A stretch of DNA of 64,000 bases, taken from Clostridia bacterium (GTDB lineage: Bacteria > Bacillota > Clostridia > UMGS1883 > UMGS1540). The stretch is from NCBI GenBank assembly GCA_045577075.1, contig JAZNHR010000002.1, positions 22,949 through 86,948 of the forward strand. The letters are read 5' to 3'. The notes under the pieces were generated by a model. The model saw only the letters and a program-made list of their open reading frames with translations, was not told where the DNA came from and searched no databases. Shown one piece after another: positions 25,834 through 36,172 of this stretch; position 1 is the stretch's first letter; each line of letters starts with the position of its first letter. Position numbers and translations under genes: made by a program.

Positions 25834-28236
25834 ATGGATAAAACAGAAATTCGACAAAGCCTTGACGAAAAATGTAATTTACATTTCGGCTGTGCACTTT
25901 CTGCGGCAACACGGCAAGAGGCTTACAGAGCCGTGTGCCTCTTTGTGCGTGATCTTTTGACAAAAAAGAATTTAAACTTCAACGCAAAAAATCAAAAAGA
26001 AGAAAAAAAGCAAGTATACTACCTGTCCATGGAATTTTTGGTAGGGACTTCCTTGCATAATCATTTGTTTAACCTAGGGCTGGAACGTGAATTTGAGCAC
26101 GTTCTCTCCGAAGCCGGCATAAATCTCTATGACCTATACGAACTGGAGCCGGACGCTGGGCTTGGAAACGGCGGTCTCGGGCGACTTGCTGCCTGCTACA
26201 TGGATGCCGCAACGACGGACAGTCTCCCCTTTACCGGCTTTTCCATTCGGTATGAATTCGGGATTTTTAAACAAAAAATCGTGGACGGCTGGCAAATGGA
26301 GTTCCCTGACGACTGGCTTTCCATGGGCGAAGTGTGGCTACAGGCACGGCCGGACGACACCATAAAAGTACAGTTTGGCGGTCATGCTGACGAGTGGACG
26401 GACGAAAACGGATATCACGTTGCTCTGCGAGATGCGACCACTGTTTTAGCCGTTCCCTACGACATGCTGATTTCCGGCTACCGCTGTGATGCCGCAAACC
26501 GGCTGACACTTTGGAGCGCAAAATCCCCGAACAGCATCGACATGACGGCTTTTTCACGCGGTGAATATGCCAAAGCGCTGGAGGAAAATACGAAGGCAGA
26601 GGTGATTTCCAAAGTGCTCTACCCTGCCGATGACCACATAGACGGCAAAATCCTTCGAGTTCGCCAGCAGTATTTCTTCGTAAGTGCCTCCTTGCAAAGC
26701 ATCTTAAAAAAGCACATGGCAAAGTATGGAACAGTCTCAAATTTTGCAGAGAAGGCCGCCATTCATATAAACGACACACACCCCTCCCTTGCCGTGCCGG
26801 AGCTTATGCGTATTCTCCTTGACGAATATGGGCTGCCTTGGGACGATGCGTGGGACATTACAACCCGATCACTTTCCTATACAAACCACACGATTATGAG
26901 TGAAGCACTTGAAAAATGGAACGAGAGCATGTTTAGGGAAGAACTCCCCCGGATTTATCAAATTGTTTGCGAAATCAATCGGCGGCTTCTTATAACGCTA
27001 TATTCTGCCTTTCCGGGTGATCAAGGCAAAATTGACTATATGGCGCCAATCGCAAACGGCGAAGTGCGTATGTATAATTTGTGTCTTGCAGCATGCCATA
27101 AAATCAACGGCGTTTCTGCTCTGCATACGGAGCTTTTAAAAACCGGCATTTTCCGCGACTACCATATGCTTACACCCCAGAAATTCTGCAACGTCACAAA
27201 CGGCATTGCCCACAGAAGATGGCTGGGGCAAGCAAACGGTGAACTTTGCGACCTTTTACGAAGTCTAATCGGCGATGGATTTTTGGAGGACGGCACAAGG
27301 CTCGAAAAACTTCTGGATTATTATGACGATGCAGCCGTACTGGAGAATTTACGAACAATAAAAAAAGCAAAAAAAATCGCACTGCGAAATTATATTTCCG
27401 GTGCCAACGGCATCAACATTGACGAAAATTCGATTTTTGACGTGCAAATCAAACGCCTGCATGAGTACAAACGCCAGCTTTTAAACGCTCTGCACATTCT
27501 TCACCTTTACCGGAAAATCAAAGACAATCCAAATGTGGATTTTCCGCCACGCACCTTTATTTTTGCCGCAAAGGCATCTTCGGGCTACTTTATGGCAAAG
27601 CAAATCATTCGTTTGATTGTGGCTATTTCCGGCATGGTGAATGCAGACCCTGCCGTCCGTGACAAGCTGAAGGTCGTTTTCATTGAGGACTATAAGGTCA
27701 GTCTTGCAGAAATTATTATACCTGCCGCGGATATTTCAGAACAGATTTCTGTTGCAGGGAAAGAAGCTTCGGGTACGGGAAACATGAAGCTTATGATAAA
27801 CGGGGCTGTGACGGTGGGTACCCTAGACGGGGCAAATGTGGAAATTCTGGAGGCTGTAGGACATGAAAACATGTTTCTATTCGGTATGACAGCAAAAGAC
27901 GTGGAAGCCCTTTGGCGGCACGGATATGTGCCGAGCGAGCTAATACGACAAAACAGGGATTTACAGGAGGTCCTCCATCTTTTAACAAGCGGCGTACTGG
28001 GTGCACGATTTGACGACATTGCCGCATCCCTTCTCACAAACCAATTCGGCACTGCTGATGCCTTTATGACTCTTGCGGATTTTGAAAGCTATGCCGCCGC
28101 ACACACCCGCATTGCCGAAACCTTTCAGGATACGCGCAAATTTACAAACATGTCCCTTGTAAATATTGCAAAAGCCGGCATTTTCTCTGCCGACCGTGCT
28201 ATACGAGAATATCGGAAAATGATATGGAACGCATAA
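25834..28236 (+). CDS. glgP: Glycogen/alpha-glucan phosphorylase
   Basis: 800 aa with the PLP-lysine motif EASGTGNMK. Confidence 0.9.
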   Translation: MDKTEIRQSLDEKCNLHFGCALSAATRQEAYRAVCLFVRDLLTKKNLNFNAKNQKEEKKQVYYLSMEFLVGTSLHNHLFNLGLEREFEHVLSEAGINLYDLYELEPDAGLGNGGLGRLAACYMDAATTDSLPFTGFSIRYEFGIFKQKIVDGWQMEFPDDWLSMGEVWLQARPDDTIKVQFGGHADEWTDENGYHVALRDATTVLAVPYDMLISGYRCDAANRLTLWSAKSPNSIDMTAFSRGEYAKALEENTKAEVISKVLYPADDHIDGKILRVRQQYFFVSASLQSILKKHMAKYGTVSNFAEKAAIHINDTHPSLAVPELMRILLDEYGLPWDDAWDITTRSLSYTNHTIMSEALEKWNESMFREELPRIYQIVCEINRRLLITLYSAFPGDQGKIDYMAPIANGEVRMYNLCLAACHKINGVSALHTELLKTGIFRDYHMLTPQKFCNVTNGIAHRRWLGQANGELCDLLRSLIGDGFLEDGTRLEKLLDYYDDAAVLENLRTIKKAKKIALRNYISGANGINIDENSIFDVQIKRLHEYKRQLLNALHILHLYRKIKDNPNVDFPPRTFIFAAKASSGYFMAKQIIRLIVAISGMVNADPAVRDKLKVVFIEDYKVSLAEIIIPAADISEQISVAGKEASGTGNMKLMINGAVTVGTLDGANVEILEAVGHENMFLFGMTAKDVEALWRHGYVPSELIRQNRDLQEVLHLLTSGVLGARFDDIAASLLTNQFGTADAFMTLADFESYAAAHTRIAETFQDTRKFTNMSLVNIAKAGIFSADRAIREYRKMIWNA

Positions 28237-28271
28237 AAAAGGTGTCGCTTCATGCGACACCTTTTTTGCTA

Positions 28272-29534
28272 TTAAACACAAGCAAGAGCCTTTTCTAAAT
28301 CCGAGAGAATATCATCAATATTTTCAAGACCTACAGAAAAGCGCACCATGCCGCTTTCAATGCCGCATGCCACAAGCTGTTCTTCCGTAAGCTGACGGTG
28401 GGTTTCACTTGCCGGATGCAGAACGCAGGTACGAATATCTGCAACATGTACTTCGTTAGAGGCAAGTTCAAGCGCGTCCATAAACTTGACTGCCGCATCT
28501 CTGCCGCCTTTTATCACGAAGGAAATAACGCCACTTGCGCCTTTCAGATACTTCTGCCCCAAGTTATAGCTCGCATCGCCCTCAAGACCCGGATAGGTAA
28601 TGCTTTGAATTTTGTCACTCTTTTGCAGGTATTTAGCAACCACCATAGCGTTTTCGCAGTACTGTTTCATACGAACAGCAAGGGTTTCAAGCCCTAAATT
28701 CAGGAGAAACGCAGAGTGTGCGGCAGGATAAACGCCAAAGTCACGCATCAGCTGCATTCTGGCTTTCAGGATATATGCCATCTTGCCGTATGCTTTTGTA
28801 TAGGAAAGGCCATGATAGGATTCATCCGGCTCGACAAGCTCAGGAAATTTGCCGTTCGTCCAGTCAAAATTACCGCTGTCCACAATGACACCGCCAACCT
28901 GCACGGCATGACCGTCCATATATTTCGAGGTGGAATGAATTACAATATCCGCGCCGAATTCAATGGGCTTACAAAGGACAGGTGTTGCAAAGGTGTTGTC
29001 TACAATCAAGGGTACGCCGTGCTTATGGGCAAAGTTTGCAAATCGTTCGATATCCAGTACAGAAAGTGCCGGGTTTGCAATCGTTTCGCCAAACACAGCC
29101 TTTGTATTTTCTTTAAATGCTTTTTCAAGTTCTTCGTCCGAAGCGTTTTTATCCACAAAAATACATTCGATGCCAAGCTTTTTTAGAGTAAAGGCAAAGA
29201 GATTCACAGTGCCGCCGTAAACCTCGCTAAGGCTTATAAAGCTATCGCCTGCCTGGCACAAGTTCAGGATAGACAAAAGCGTTGCGGCCTGTCCGGAAGA
29301 AGTACACATTGCACCCACGCCACCTTCCAGTGCCGCAATTTTCTCTTCCACCGCCATAACGGTGGGGTTTGCAAAGCGGGAATATATGAGGGACTTTGTG
29401 GGGTCATCAAATACGGCCGCCACATCGTCCGTCGAGTCATACACATACGTAGTGCTTTGTACAATCGGCACTACTCTAGGCTCTGCATTTTTCGGGGTAT
29501 AGCCGGCATGCAGGCATTTTGTTTCATCTTTCAT
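28272..29534 (-). CDS. metY: O-acetylhomoserine/O-acetylserine sulfhydrylase (PLP-dependent, Cys/Met metabolism family)
   Basis: 420 aa with the family signature around STSKYMDGH and an AGGAATGAG RBS. No SAM-riboswitch-like leader is evident. Confidence 0.85.
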   Translation of the reverse strand: MKDETKCLHAGYTPKNAEPRVVPIVQSTTYVYDSTDDVAAVFDDPTKSLIYSRFANPTVMAVEEKIAALEGGVGAMCTSSGQAATLLSILNLCQAGDSFISLSEVYGGTVNLFAFTLKKLGIECIFVDKNASDEELEKAFKENTKAVFGETIANPALSVLDIERFANFAHKHGVPLIVDNTFATPVLCKPIEFGADIVIHSTSKYMDGHAVQVGGVIVDSGNFDWTNGKFPELVEPDESYHGLSYTKAYGKMAYILKARMQLMRDFGVYPAAHSAFLLNLGLETLAVRMKQYCENAMVVAKYLQKSDKIQSITYPGLEGDASYNLGQKYLKGASGVISFVIKGGRDAAVKFMDALELASNEVHVADIRTCVLHPASETHRQLTEEQLVACGIESGMVRFSVGLENIDDILSDLEKALACV

Positions 29535-29566
29535 TACTCATTCCTCCGTAAAAAGAGATTTTACAT

Positions 29567-29595
29567 ATTATATCACAAATTTCCAAAAAATGCAA
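29567..29595 (-). promoter_or_regulatory. SigmaA-type promoter for metY (TTGCAT-17-TATAAT, minus strand)
   Basis: Overlaps the GU-containing terminator hairpin of the upstream AraC-family gene. Confidence 0.45.
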
Positions 29596-29636
29596 GCCCG
29601 ACGCAAAAGAAAGCATCGGACTTTTAAAAAGTTATT

Positions 29637-30509
29637 TTAGTAGTTGCGCATGGAAGCTCTGAAATCAGAGGGAGATACACCATACTTTTTCTTAAACTGC
29701 TTTCCAAAATAATCAAGGCTTGCAAAACCGCTATCATAACACAAATCTACAATGCTCATTCTGCTGTTTAAGAGCATATTTGCAACATACTCAAGCCTTA
29801 AGTTATTCACAAATGTACTGAGTGTAACATTTTTATACTTTTTCATGCTGCGCGCCAGATGCTCACGGGTTTTCCCGCTAAGCTCCACCATGCGAGAAAT
29901 CCCCTCAGAGAAATTTTCATGGGCACACATTTTTTCGCAAACGCTTTCCAGCCACGCCGGTGTCCCGTCATTCTTTTCTGTTTCAAATGCATTCTTTTGT
30001 GCAAACACCGAAATGAGCTCGGCCACAAAAAGGCGGAAGCGCAATTTATGTTCGGTGGTTTCTTCCTGTATGGGCACTGCAAAGGTTTTTAGAGTCGAAA
30101 GGATATGGTCTTTCTCTCTTTGCGTTAAAATACAAAACGGCGGCATAGGCGCTTCCATAAGCTGTCTATGAAGTGCTTTGCCGTGTTCGCCTAAATATGC
30201 AAACAAACCGTCCACAATTTCAGGGCGAAAGGAAATATTGACATGGCAAGGTTCAGAAGTACCACCCGGGCCAAAATAATGGGTATCACAAGGGCGAACA
30301 AACACAAGCAGCCCTTCATGTAAAACACGTTCCTCGCCGTTTATATAGTGTATACCACCGCTATCAAGTGACAGAAAAAAATCATAACAGGTATGGTCAT
30401 GCAGCTGCGCTAGATAGTTACCATGGTTTGCGTACCGATAACAAAAATCAACATCCGGATTATCGCAAACAAATCCAAGCCTCATTTCTTCCTCCTGTCT
30501 GTTTCTCAC
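29637..30509 (-). CDS. AraC-family transcriptional regulator (cupin sensor + AraC HTH)
   Basis: C-terminal paired HTH (…LEYVANMLLNSRMSIVDLCYDSGFASLDYFGKQFKKKYGVSPSDFR). Confidence 0.8.
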   Translation of the reverse strand: MRNRQEEEMRLGFVCDNPDVDFCYRYANHGNYLAQLHDHTCYDFFLSLDSGGIHYINGEERVLHEGLLVFVRPCDTHYFGPGGTSEPCHVNISFRPEIVDGLFAYLGEHGKALHRQLMEAPMPPFCILTQREKDHILSTLKTFAVPIQEETTEHKLRFRLFVAELISVFAQKNAFETEKNDGTPAWLESVCEKMCAHENFSEGISRMVELSGKTREHLARSMKKYKNVTLSTFVNNLRLEYVANMLLNSRMSIVDLCYDSGFASLDYFGKQFKKKYGVSPSDFRASMRNY

Positions 30510-30925
30510 GATTCATTCTCGCTCTTTTTTCCCTGTTTTTCCTTGAAAGAACGCAAAATATCTTGCCGTGTTATAATCCCGATAAAGAGGTTGCGGTCAT
30601 CTACCATGGGAATAAAATTTTGCGAAAGAATTCTTTCTAGCAACTCCTCCGGTGTTATGTCAATTCTGGCCGCCGGGTTCCAGCCTGTTCGAATAATTTC
30701 CGTAATACTATGCCCTTCCTGTGCATAAACATCCGGAGCCGTCTCCAAAACATGCCAAAGGAAATCCCCCTCGCTAATGCTTCCTGCATAGCTCCCATCC
30801 TCCCGAATTACAGGGATGGCAGTATATCCGTGTGCACGTAATTTTTCAAGACCCTGCCGCACTGTACAGGTGTCCTGCAGATACGCCACCGTGTTTTTTG
30901 CACGAAGCAATGCCATAATGTTCAT
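30506..30925 (-). CDS. CBS-domain pair protein
   Basis: 139 aa with two CBS motifs (GYTAIPVIREDGSYAGSISEGDFL; NFIPMVDDRNLFIGIITRQDIL). Confidence 0.7.
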   Translation of the reverse strand: MNIMALLRAKNTVAYLQDTCTVRQGLEKLRAHGYTAIPVIREDGSYAGSISEGDFLWHVLETAPDVYAQEGHSITEIIRTGWNPAARIDITPEELLERILSQNFIPMVDDRNLFIGIITRQDILRSFKEKQGKKSENES

Positions 30926-30941
30926 TTGTACTATCTCCTTT

Positions 30942-32132
30942 TTAAGAAAGGCTCTTTACAAACGCTTCGAGCCTGTCAAGGCCCTTCTTTATATTCTCCA
31001 TATTGGTAGCATAAGACCAGCGAACATAGCCGTCAGCCATAAAGCCTTCACCGGGTACTACCGCAACTTTTGCCTTTTCAAGAAAAAGTGCAGCAAACTT
31101 TGCAGCGGAATCAATGCATTCACCATCGCATTTCTTCCCAAACAATTCCTTCATATTCATCATAACATAGAACGCACCGCAGGGTTTGCGGCAGGAAAGC
31201 CCGGGAATACTGTTAATGCGGGCAACCATGAAATCGCGACGTTTTTTATATTCTGCTTTCATTTCGCAAACAAAATCAAGACCGCCTTCCAGTGCCGCAA
31301 CAGACGCCGCCTGGGCAATAGAGTTTGGATTTGAAGTTGCGTGGCTTTGCACGCTGGACATAAGCTTTGCAATCTCTTCAGACGATGCCGTATAGCCTAT
31401 GCGCCAACCCGTCATGGCAAAGGTTTTGGAAAGACCGTTTACTATGATTGTGCGTGCCTTCATTTCGGGAGATAAGGACGCAATGGAAAGCCTCTCCCCT
31501 TCATATATTAGATGTTCATAAATTTCATCAGAAACCACAAACAAGTCATGTTCTAAAATAACAGCCGCAATTTTTTCAAGTTCGTCACGCGTATAAACCA
31601 TACCTGTAGGATTAGAAGGACTGTTTAACACAAGTGCTTTTGTTTTCGGCGTAATTACGCTTCGAAGTTCCTCTGCCGTAAACTTAAAGTCATTTTCTTC
31701 TTTTGTTTGCAATGTGCAGGGAATACCATCCGCAAGCTTTACCATTTCAGGATAGCTCACCCAATAGGGCGCCGGAATAATCACCTCATCCCCGGGATTC
31801 AAAATAGCACCGAAGACATTGGTAAGTGAGTGTTTTGCGCCGTTAGAGACAACAATTTGCGACGGCATATAGGAAAGGCCGTTTTCTATCTCGAATTTCT
31901 TGCAAATTGCTTTTTTCAGCTCAATCGTACCGGAAGCCGGTGTGTATTTTGTTGCGCCGCACTCAATCGCTTTTATTGCTGCAGCCTTAATGTGCGCCGG
32001 GGTATCAAAATCAGGCTCTCCCGCACCAAAGCCGACAACATCAACGCCTTCAGCCTTCATCGCTTTGAATTTTGCGTCAATCGTCAGCGTAGGCGAAGGA
32101 CTGATGGCAGAATATTTTTGGGACAGTTGCAT
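30942..32132 (-). CDS. Class I/II pyridoxal-phosphate aminotransferase (aspartate aminotransferase-like)
   Basis: 396 aa with PLP-lysine context SKTFAMTGWRIGY. Confidence 0.85.
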   Translation of the reverse strand: MQLSQKYSAISPSPTLTIDAKFKAMKAEGVDVVGFGAGEPDFDTPAHIKAAAIKAIECGATKYTPASGTIELKKAICKKFEIENGLSYMPSQIVVSNGAKHSLTNVFGAILNPGDEVIIPAPYWVSYPEMVKLADGIPCTLQTKEENDFKFTAEELRSVITPKTKALVLNSPSNPTGMVYTRDELEKIAAVILEHDLFVVSDEIYEHLIYEGERLSIASLSPEMKARTIIVNGLSKTFAMTGWRIGYTASSEEIAKLMSSVQSHATSNPNSIAQAASVAALEGGLDFVCEMKAEYKKRRDFMVARINSIPGLSCRKPCGAFYVMMNMKELFGKKCDGECIDSAAKFAALFLEKAKVAVVPGEGFMADGYVRWSYATNMENIKKGLDRLEAFVKSLS

Positions 32133-32340
32133 ATGTACACCTCGTTTATCTTGTTTTCAATATATAATACTATATTTACGCCGAAAATGCAATAGTTTTT
32201 TTGAGATTCTCGCAAAATTTCTCCGTTTTTCGCATTTGTCTTTGTCATGCGCACAAAAACGAATGTCTGTACACCGTGGACATAACGTAGCTGAGAAAAA
32301 GACACTGCATGCAGGATTTTTTTGCAGGCAGTGTCCCCCT

Positions 32341-32745
32341 TTAGCTTCCAAAATCTTCTGTAAGCGTCTTTGCCTCCTCTAATGTGGCAACCTTTATGCC
32401 ACGACAAAGATTTTCGTAATCCTCTTGTCGAAGCTGGTCGATTTCAACGCCCGTCGCGTAAACAAACACCGCATCGCCTTCAGGTGGAAGTTCATAAACA
32501 CATATTTCTTTGTCGGACAAAACGAGAAAATAGGTTGAAGGCCTGGCAGAAGGTGATGGTTTTGGCGCGATTGACGGAGTCGGTGCCGGCACACCAACGA
32601 TTTCTCCAGACAAAATTGTCTTCTTAGGCTCTGCCGCAATCGGTACGGCCTCCGGATTTTTTGCTGCATTTTTTCCAATCCATGTACCGCCAAAGAAGCT
32701 TGTCCCTGCCATCACAGCACAAAGAACAATCGGTTTTAAACGCAT
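32341..32745 (-). CDS. Hypothetical membrane-anchored protein with Pro-rich linker
   Basis: ATG at 32745 follows an AAGGGGG RBS. TM helix, PAPTPSIAPKPSPSARP linker, ~60-aa C-terminal domain. Followed by a terminator hairpin at 32296..32330. Confidence 0.4.
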   Translation of the reverse strand: MRLKPIVLCAVMAGTSFFGGTWIGKNAAKNPEAVPIAAEPKKTILSGEIVGVPAPTPSIAPKPSPSARPSTYFLVLSDKEICVYELPPEGDAVFVYATGVEIDQLRQEDYENLCRGIKVATLEEAKTLTEDFGS

Positions 32746-32873
32746 GCAAACGCCCCCTTTTTCTTCAGTATGCCGCAAAATCCAAACGTTTATTCCAATT
32801 TTTTTCTGTTTGTAATACTTTTTTAATGGTTTTTGTTTATACTGAATGTAAAGAGGCTAAGGAGGTGCTTCCC

Positions 32874-35171
32874 GTGCGTATGAAAAAAGCCTTAAAAACC
32901 TATTTGAAATATTTTGCGCTGGCATTTGGTCTTTTAATTATTATTTTCATGGGGGTTGTGAGTGGATTTGTTTACAGTGCAATTTCCCGTGCAGACCATT
33001 TGGATCTCTCTAACCTAAAAATGAATTTTACATCTTTTGTTTATTATACTGACCCCGAGACAGGTGAGCTCCTGGTGATGGACCGTCTGTATGATAACGA
33101 AAACCGCATTTGGGCAGAATACGAACGGATTCCCCAGTATATGAAGGACGCAGTGGTTGCCATTGAAGACGAGCGTTTTTACACCCATAAAGGTTTTGAT
33201 ATAAAACGTATTATCGGTGCTGCCTTCAGCATGATGAAAAAAGGCGGCTACAGCTACGGTGCAAGTACCATTACACAGCAGCTTGTCAAGAATCTCACAG
33301 GTGATGATGAGGTAACACTGGAACGTAAAATCCAAGAAATACACCGAGCACGCCAAATCGAAAAGGAATACTCGAAAGAAGAAATTTTAGAGCTCTATTT
33401 AAACACTATTTATTTAAGCCAGCAATGTAACGGTGTACAGGCGGCAGCAAATGTTTATTTTGGAAAAGATGTCAGTGCGCTTACGCTGGCAGAATGTGCA
33501 TCCATTGCAGGGATTACGCAGTATCCTTCCATGTATGACCCCATTGTAAATCCAAAAAACAACAAAGCAAAGCAGGAACTGGTGCTCTCGAAAATGCTGG
33601 AGCTTGGAAAAATCTCCGAAGAGGAGTATCATGCTGCAGTAAATGAAAAACTTGTGTTCGCCCAAAAGAACGCTTCGGAATCGGAAATCAGCAGTAATTC
33701 ATATTTTGTGGATGCTGTGGTAGAAGAGGTTCTCGGCGATTTGCAGGCAAAATACGGCTATACACGGCAGGTTGCACTTAAGATGCTGTATTCAGGTGGT
33801 CTCCAAATCCACACAACCGTGGATATACACGTACAAGAAACCCTAGAATCCATTTACACAAATGAAAAGAATTTCCCCACCGTTTCCGGCGAAGTACAGC
33901 CGGAAAGTGCGGCGGTTGTCATGAATCCTGAAAATGGGACGATTGCAGGTCTTGTCGGCGGACGAGGTGAGAAAACGGCAAGCCGAACTTTAAACCGTGC
34001 TACAGATACGCTTCGACAGCCGGGCTCTACCATAAAACCGATTGCCGTATACGCCCCTGCCATTGAATACGGACATATTACGCCTCAAAGCACAATTATT
34101 GACGGACCCATTACCATAGATGGATGGTCCCCCAGAAATTCCGGCGGTGAATTCAGGGGCCCTGTTACAATGAAGGAGGCAGTTGCCAGCTCCATTAACA
34201 CTGTTGCCGTTAAGGTTTTGAAAAAAATCAATTTAGATACCTCTTATGATTTTCTAACGAGAAACCTCGGCATCACAAGTCTAGTCCAGAATGAAACCCG
34301 TGACGGCAAAGTGTATACGGACAAAGCCTATCCCGCACTTGGCCTCGGCGGTCTTACAGACGGTGTTTCCGTTTCTGAACTTTGCGCGGCCTATGCCGCC
34401 TTTGCAAACGATGGCAAATACAATTCCCCGACCACCTACACAAAGGTTTTAAACCACAGGGGCGAAGTGATTTTGGAAAACGAAGCAGGCAGCCGGGAAG
34501 TTCTCGCCATGAGTGACATTACCGCCTATCAAATGACGCAAATGCTGCAAGGTGTTGTACAGTACGGCACCGGCAGCGGGGCGGCACTTCGAAATATGCC
34601 GGCCGCAGGCAAAACGGGTACATCCACCAACGACCACGACCGCTGGTTTGTAGGATACACGCCCTATTATGTAACTGCAGTTTGGTTTGGCTATGACCAG
34701 CCGAAGTCCCTCGGATCTGTGGGCTACAATCCTTCCATTCCCGTTTGGCGTGATATTATGAATGAACTTCATAAAGATAAAGCTTACAAAACCTTTCACA
34801 TGCCTAGTAATGCGCACCTTTACGAACCGGTACAAATCTGTACAGAAAGCGGACAGCTAGCCTCGTCTCTCTGTGCCTTAGATGTGCGCGGCGACATGAC
34901 AAATTATATTTCTCCCCTCTCTGGCGATGTGCCTACCGAAACTTGCACAGCACATAAATCCTACCGCATTTGTACGGATTCAAATTTACTTGCCACAACC
35001 GGCTGCCCGGAAACGAAAACAGTTTCTGCCCTGGGTATATCTGCAGAAGAACAGGACGGCTTCGTTCTTTCAGAAACTTGCAAGCAGCACGCGCCGGAAG
35101 AAGTACCGCCCGCCGAATCTCCCAATGATGCGCCCGAAGGCATCCCGCCAACGGAAGAACCAGCTGCATAA
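32874..35171 (+). CDS. Class A penicillin-binding protein (PBP1A-type, glycosyltransferase GT51 + transpeptidase)
   Basis: GT51 motif VVAIEDERFYTHKGFD, transpeptidase SxxK (GSTIKP), N-terminal TM. GTG at 32874 sits 8 nt after AAGGAGG; an ATG at 32880 is the alternative start. Cys-rich C-terminal extension. Confidence 0.9.
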   Translation: MRMKKALKTYLKYFALAFGLLIIIFMGVVSGFVYSAISRADHLDLSNLKMNFTSFVYYTDPETGELLVMDRLYDNENRIWAEYERIPQYMKDAVVAIEDERFYTHKGFDIKRIIGAAFSMMKKGGYSYGASTITQQLVKNLTGDDEVTLERKIQEIHRARQIEKEYSKEEILELYLNTIYLSQQCNGVQAAANVYFGKDVSALTLAECASIAGITQYPSMYDPIVNPKNNKAKQELVLSKMLELGKISEEEYHAAVNEKLVFAQKNASESEISSNSYFVDAVVEEVLGDLQAKYGYTRQVALKMLYSGGLQIHTTVDIHVQETLESIYTNEKNFPTVSGEVQPESAAVVMNPENGTIAGLVGGRGEKTASRTLNRATDTLRQPGSTIKPIAVYAPAIEYGHITPQSTIIDGPITIDGWSPRNSGGEFRGPVTMKEAVASSINTVAVKVLKKINLDTSYDFLTRNLGITSLVQNETRDGKVYTDKAYPALGLGGLTDGVSVSELCAAYAAFANDGKYNSPTTYTKVLNHRGEVILENEAGSREVLAMSDITAYQMTQMLQGVVQYGTGSGAALRNMPAAGKTGTSTNDHDRWFVGYTPYYVTAVWFGYDQPKSLGSVGYNPSIPVWRDIMNELHKDKAYKTFHMPSNAHLYEPVQICTESGQLASSLCALDVRGDMTNYISPLSGDVPTETCTAHKSYRICTDSNLLATTGCPETKTVSALGISAEEQDGFVLSETCKQHAPEEVPPAESPNDAPEGIPPTEEPAA

Positions 35172-35179
35172 AGAATCAG

Positions 35180-35236
35180 GCATAGAAAGCTCGCCCTCCG
35201 CATACGTTTAAATAAAACGAACGGAGGACGAGCTTT
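35180..35236 (+). promoter_or_regulatory. Hairpin at PBP 3' end that contains a sigmaE-like -10 in its loop and sequesters the spoIID RBS
   Basis: 13-bp stem AGCTCGCCCTCCG (35188..35200) / CGGAGGACGAGCT (35222..35234) with one mismatch. Loop carries CATACGTT. GCATAGA-14-CATACGTT resembles the sigmaE consensus. Followed by TTTTT and the spoIID TTG at 35237. Confidence 0.4.
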
Positions 35237-36172
35237 TTGAAAAAAATATTGCTTTTTATTCTTATGCTGTTTGCAGTTATTATTCTTTTACCAACGTTTC
35301 TGGTTCTTTGCATGGCCAAAAAGCCGCAAGATGCGCCCCTGACAGCATCAGGCCCCGCCGTTACGGTATACTATAGCGATACAGGCGAAACAAAAAGTAT
35401 TCCTTTGGAATCGTATCTTCCGGGCGTTGTCGCGGCGGAAATGCCGGCGTCGTTTCACGCGGAAGCTTTGAAGGCACAGGCGGTCGCTGCACGCACTTAC
35501 ATTTATAACCGTATGTTCACGGGAGCGACAGATGATATCCACCCAAGTGCCCATGTTTGCACCGACAGCACGCATTGCAAAGCCTGGATTTCCGATGAAA
35601 AAATGCACACAGATCTGGGAGAAAATTGGTACGAAACATATTTCCCAAAAATCGAAGCCGCAGTCAGGGATACCTGTGGCGAAATTGTCACGTATAACAG
35701 CGAGCCAATTGTCGCTGTTTTTCATTCTACCGGCAGTGGACGCACAGAAAATTCGGCAGACGTTTGGGGCGGGGACCTGCCGTACCTCAAAAGTGTTGAA
35801 AGTGCCGGAGATATGCTTTCTCCAAAGTTTTCTTCCACTGTAGAGGTTCCGAAAACCGAGGTTTGCGAAAAGCTGGGGGTCTCGGATGCACACGTCTACG
35901 AATATACTCGAAGCGAAGGCGGCGCAGTTCTTACGGTAAACATTGGCGGCTTTTTATTTCGGGGTGTGGACATTCGCTCTCATTTTGATTTAAATGCCGC
36001 AAATTTTGAAATCGAAGAAACGGATGACGATTTTATTTTTCATGTAAAAGGAAACGGGCACGGTGTGGGGCTGAGCCAATACGGTGCAAACGCCATGGCA
36101 GAAAACGGAAGTACCTATACGGATATTTTAACCACATACTATACCGGTGTTTCCCTATCCAAGGCTTGGTAA
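35237..36172 (+). CDS. spoIID: Stage II sporulation protein D (SpoIID lytic transglycosylase)
   Basis: 311 aa with an N-terminal TM. SpoIID domain AEMPASFHAEALKAQAVAARTY... Confidence 0.85.
   Translation: MKKILLFILMLFAVIILLPTFLVLCMAKKPQDAPLTASGPAVTVYYSDTGETKSIPLESYLPGVVAAEMPASFHAEALKAQAVAARTYIYNRMFTGATDDIHPSAHVCTDSTHCKAWISDEKMHTDLGENWYETYFPKIEAAVRDTCGEIVTYNSEPIVAVFHSTGSGRTENSADVWGGDLPYLKSVESAGDMLSPKFSSTVEVPKTEVCEKLGVSDAHVYEYTRSEGGAVLTVNIGGFLFRGVDIRSHFDLNAANFEIEETDDDFIFHVKGNGHGVGLSQYGANAMAENGSTYTDILTTYYTGVSLSKAW

Noticed and set aside
25685-25963. 92-aa minus-strand ORF in the rpsF-glgP intergenic region
   Set aside because: Spans the glgP start and promoter region, with no RBS and an AT-rich low-complexity translation.
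29535-29636. Possible SAM (S-box) riboswitch upstream of metY
   Set aside because: Only ~100 nt, occupied by a promoter and the upstream gene's terminator. No S-box conserved helices were seen.
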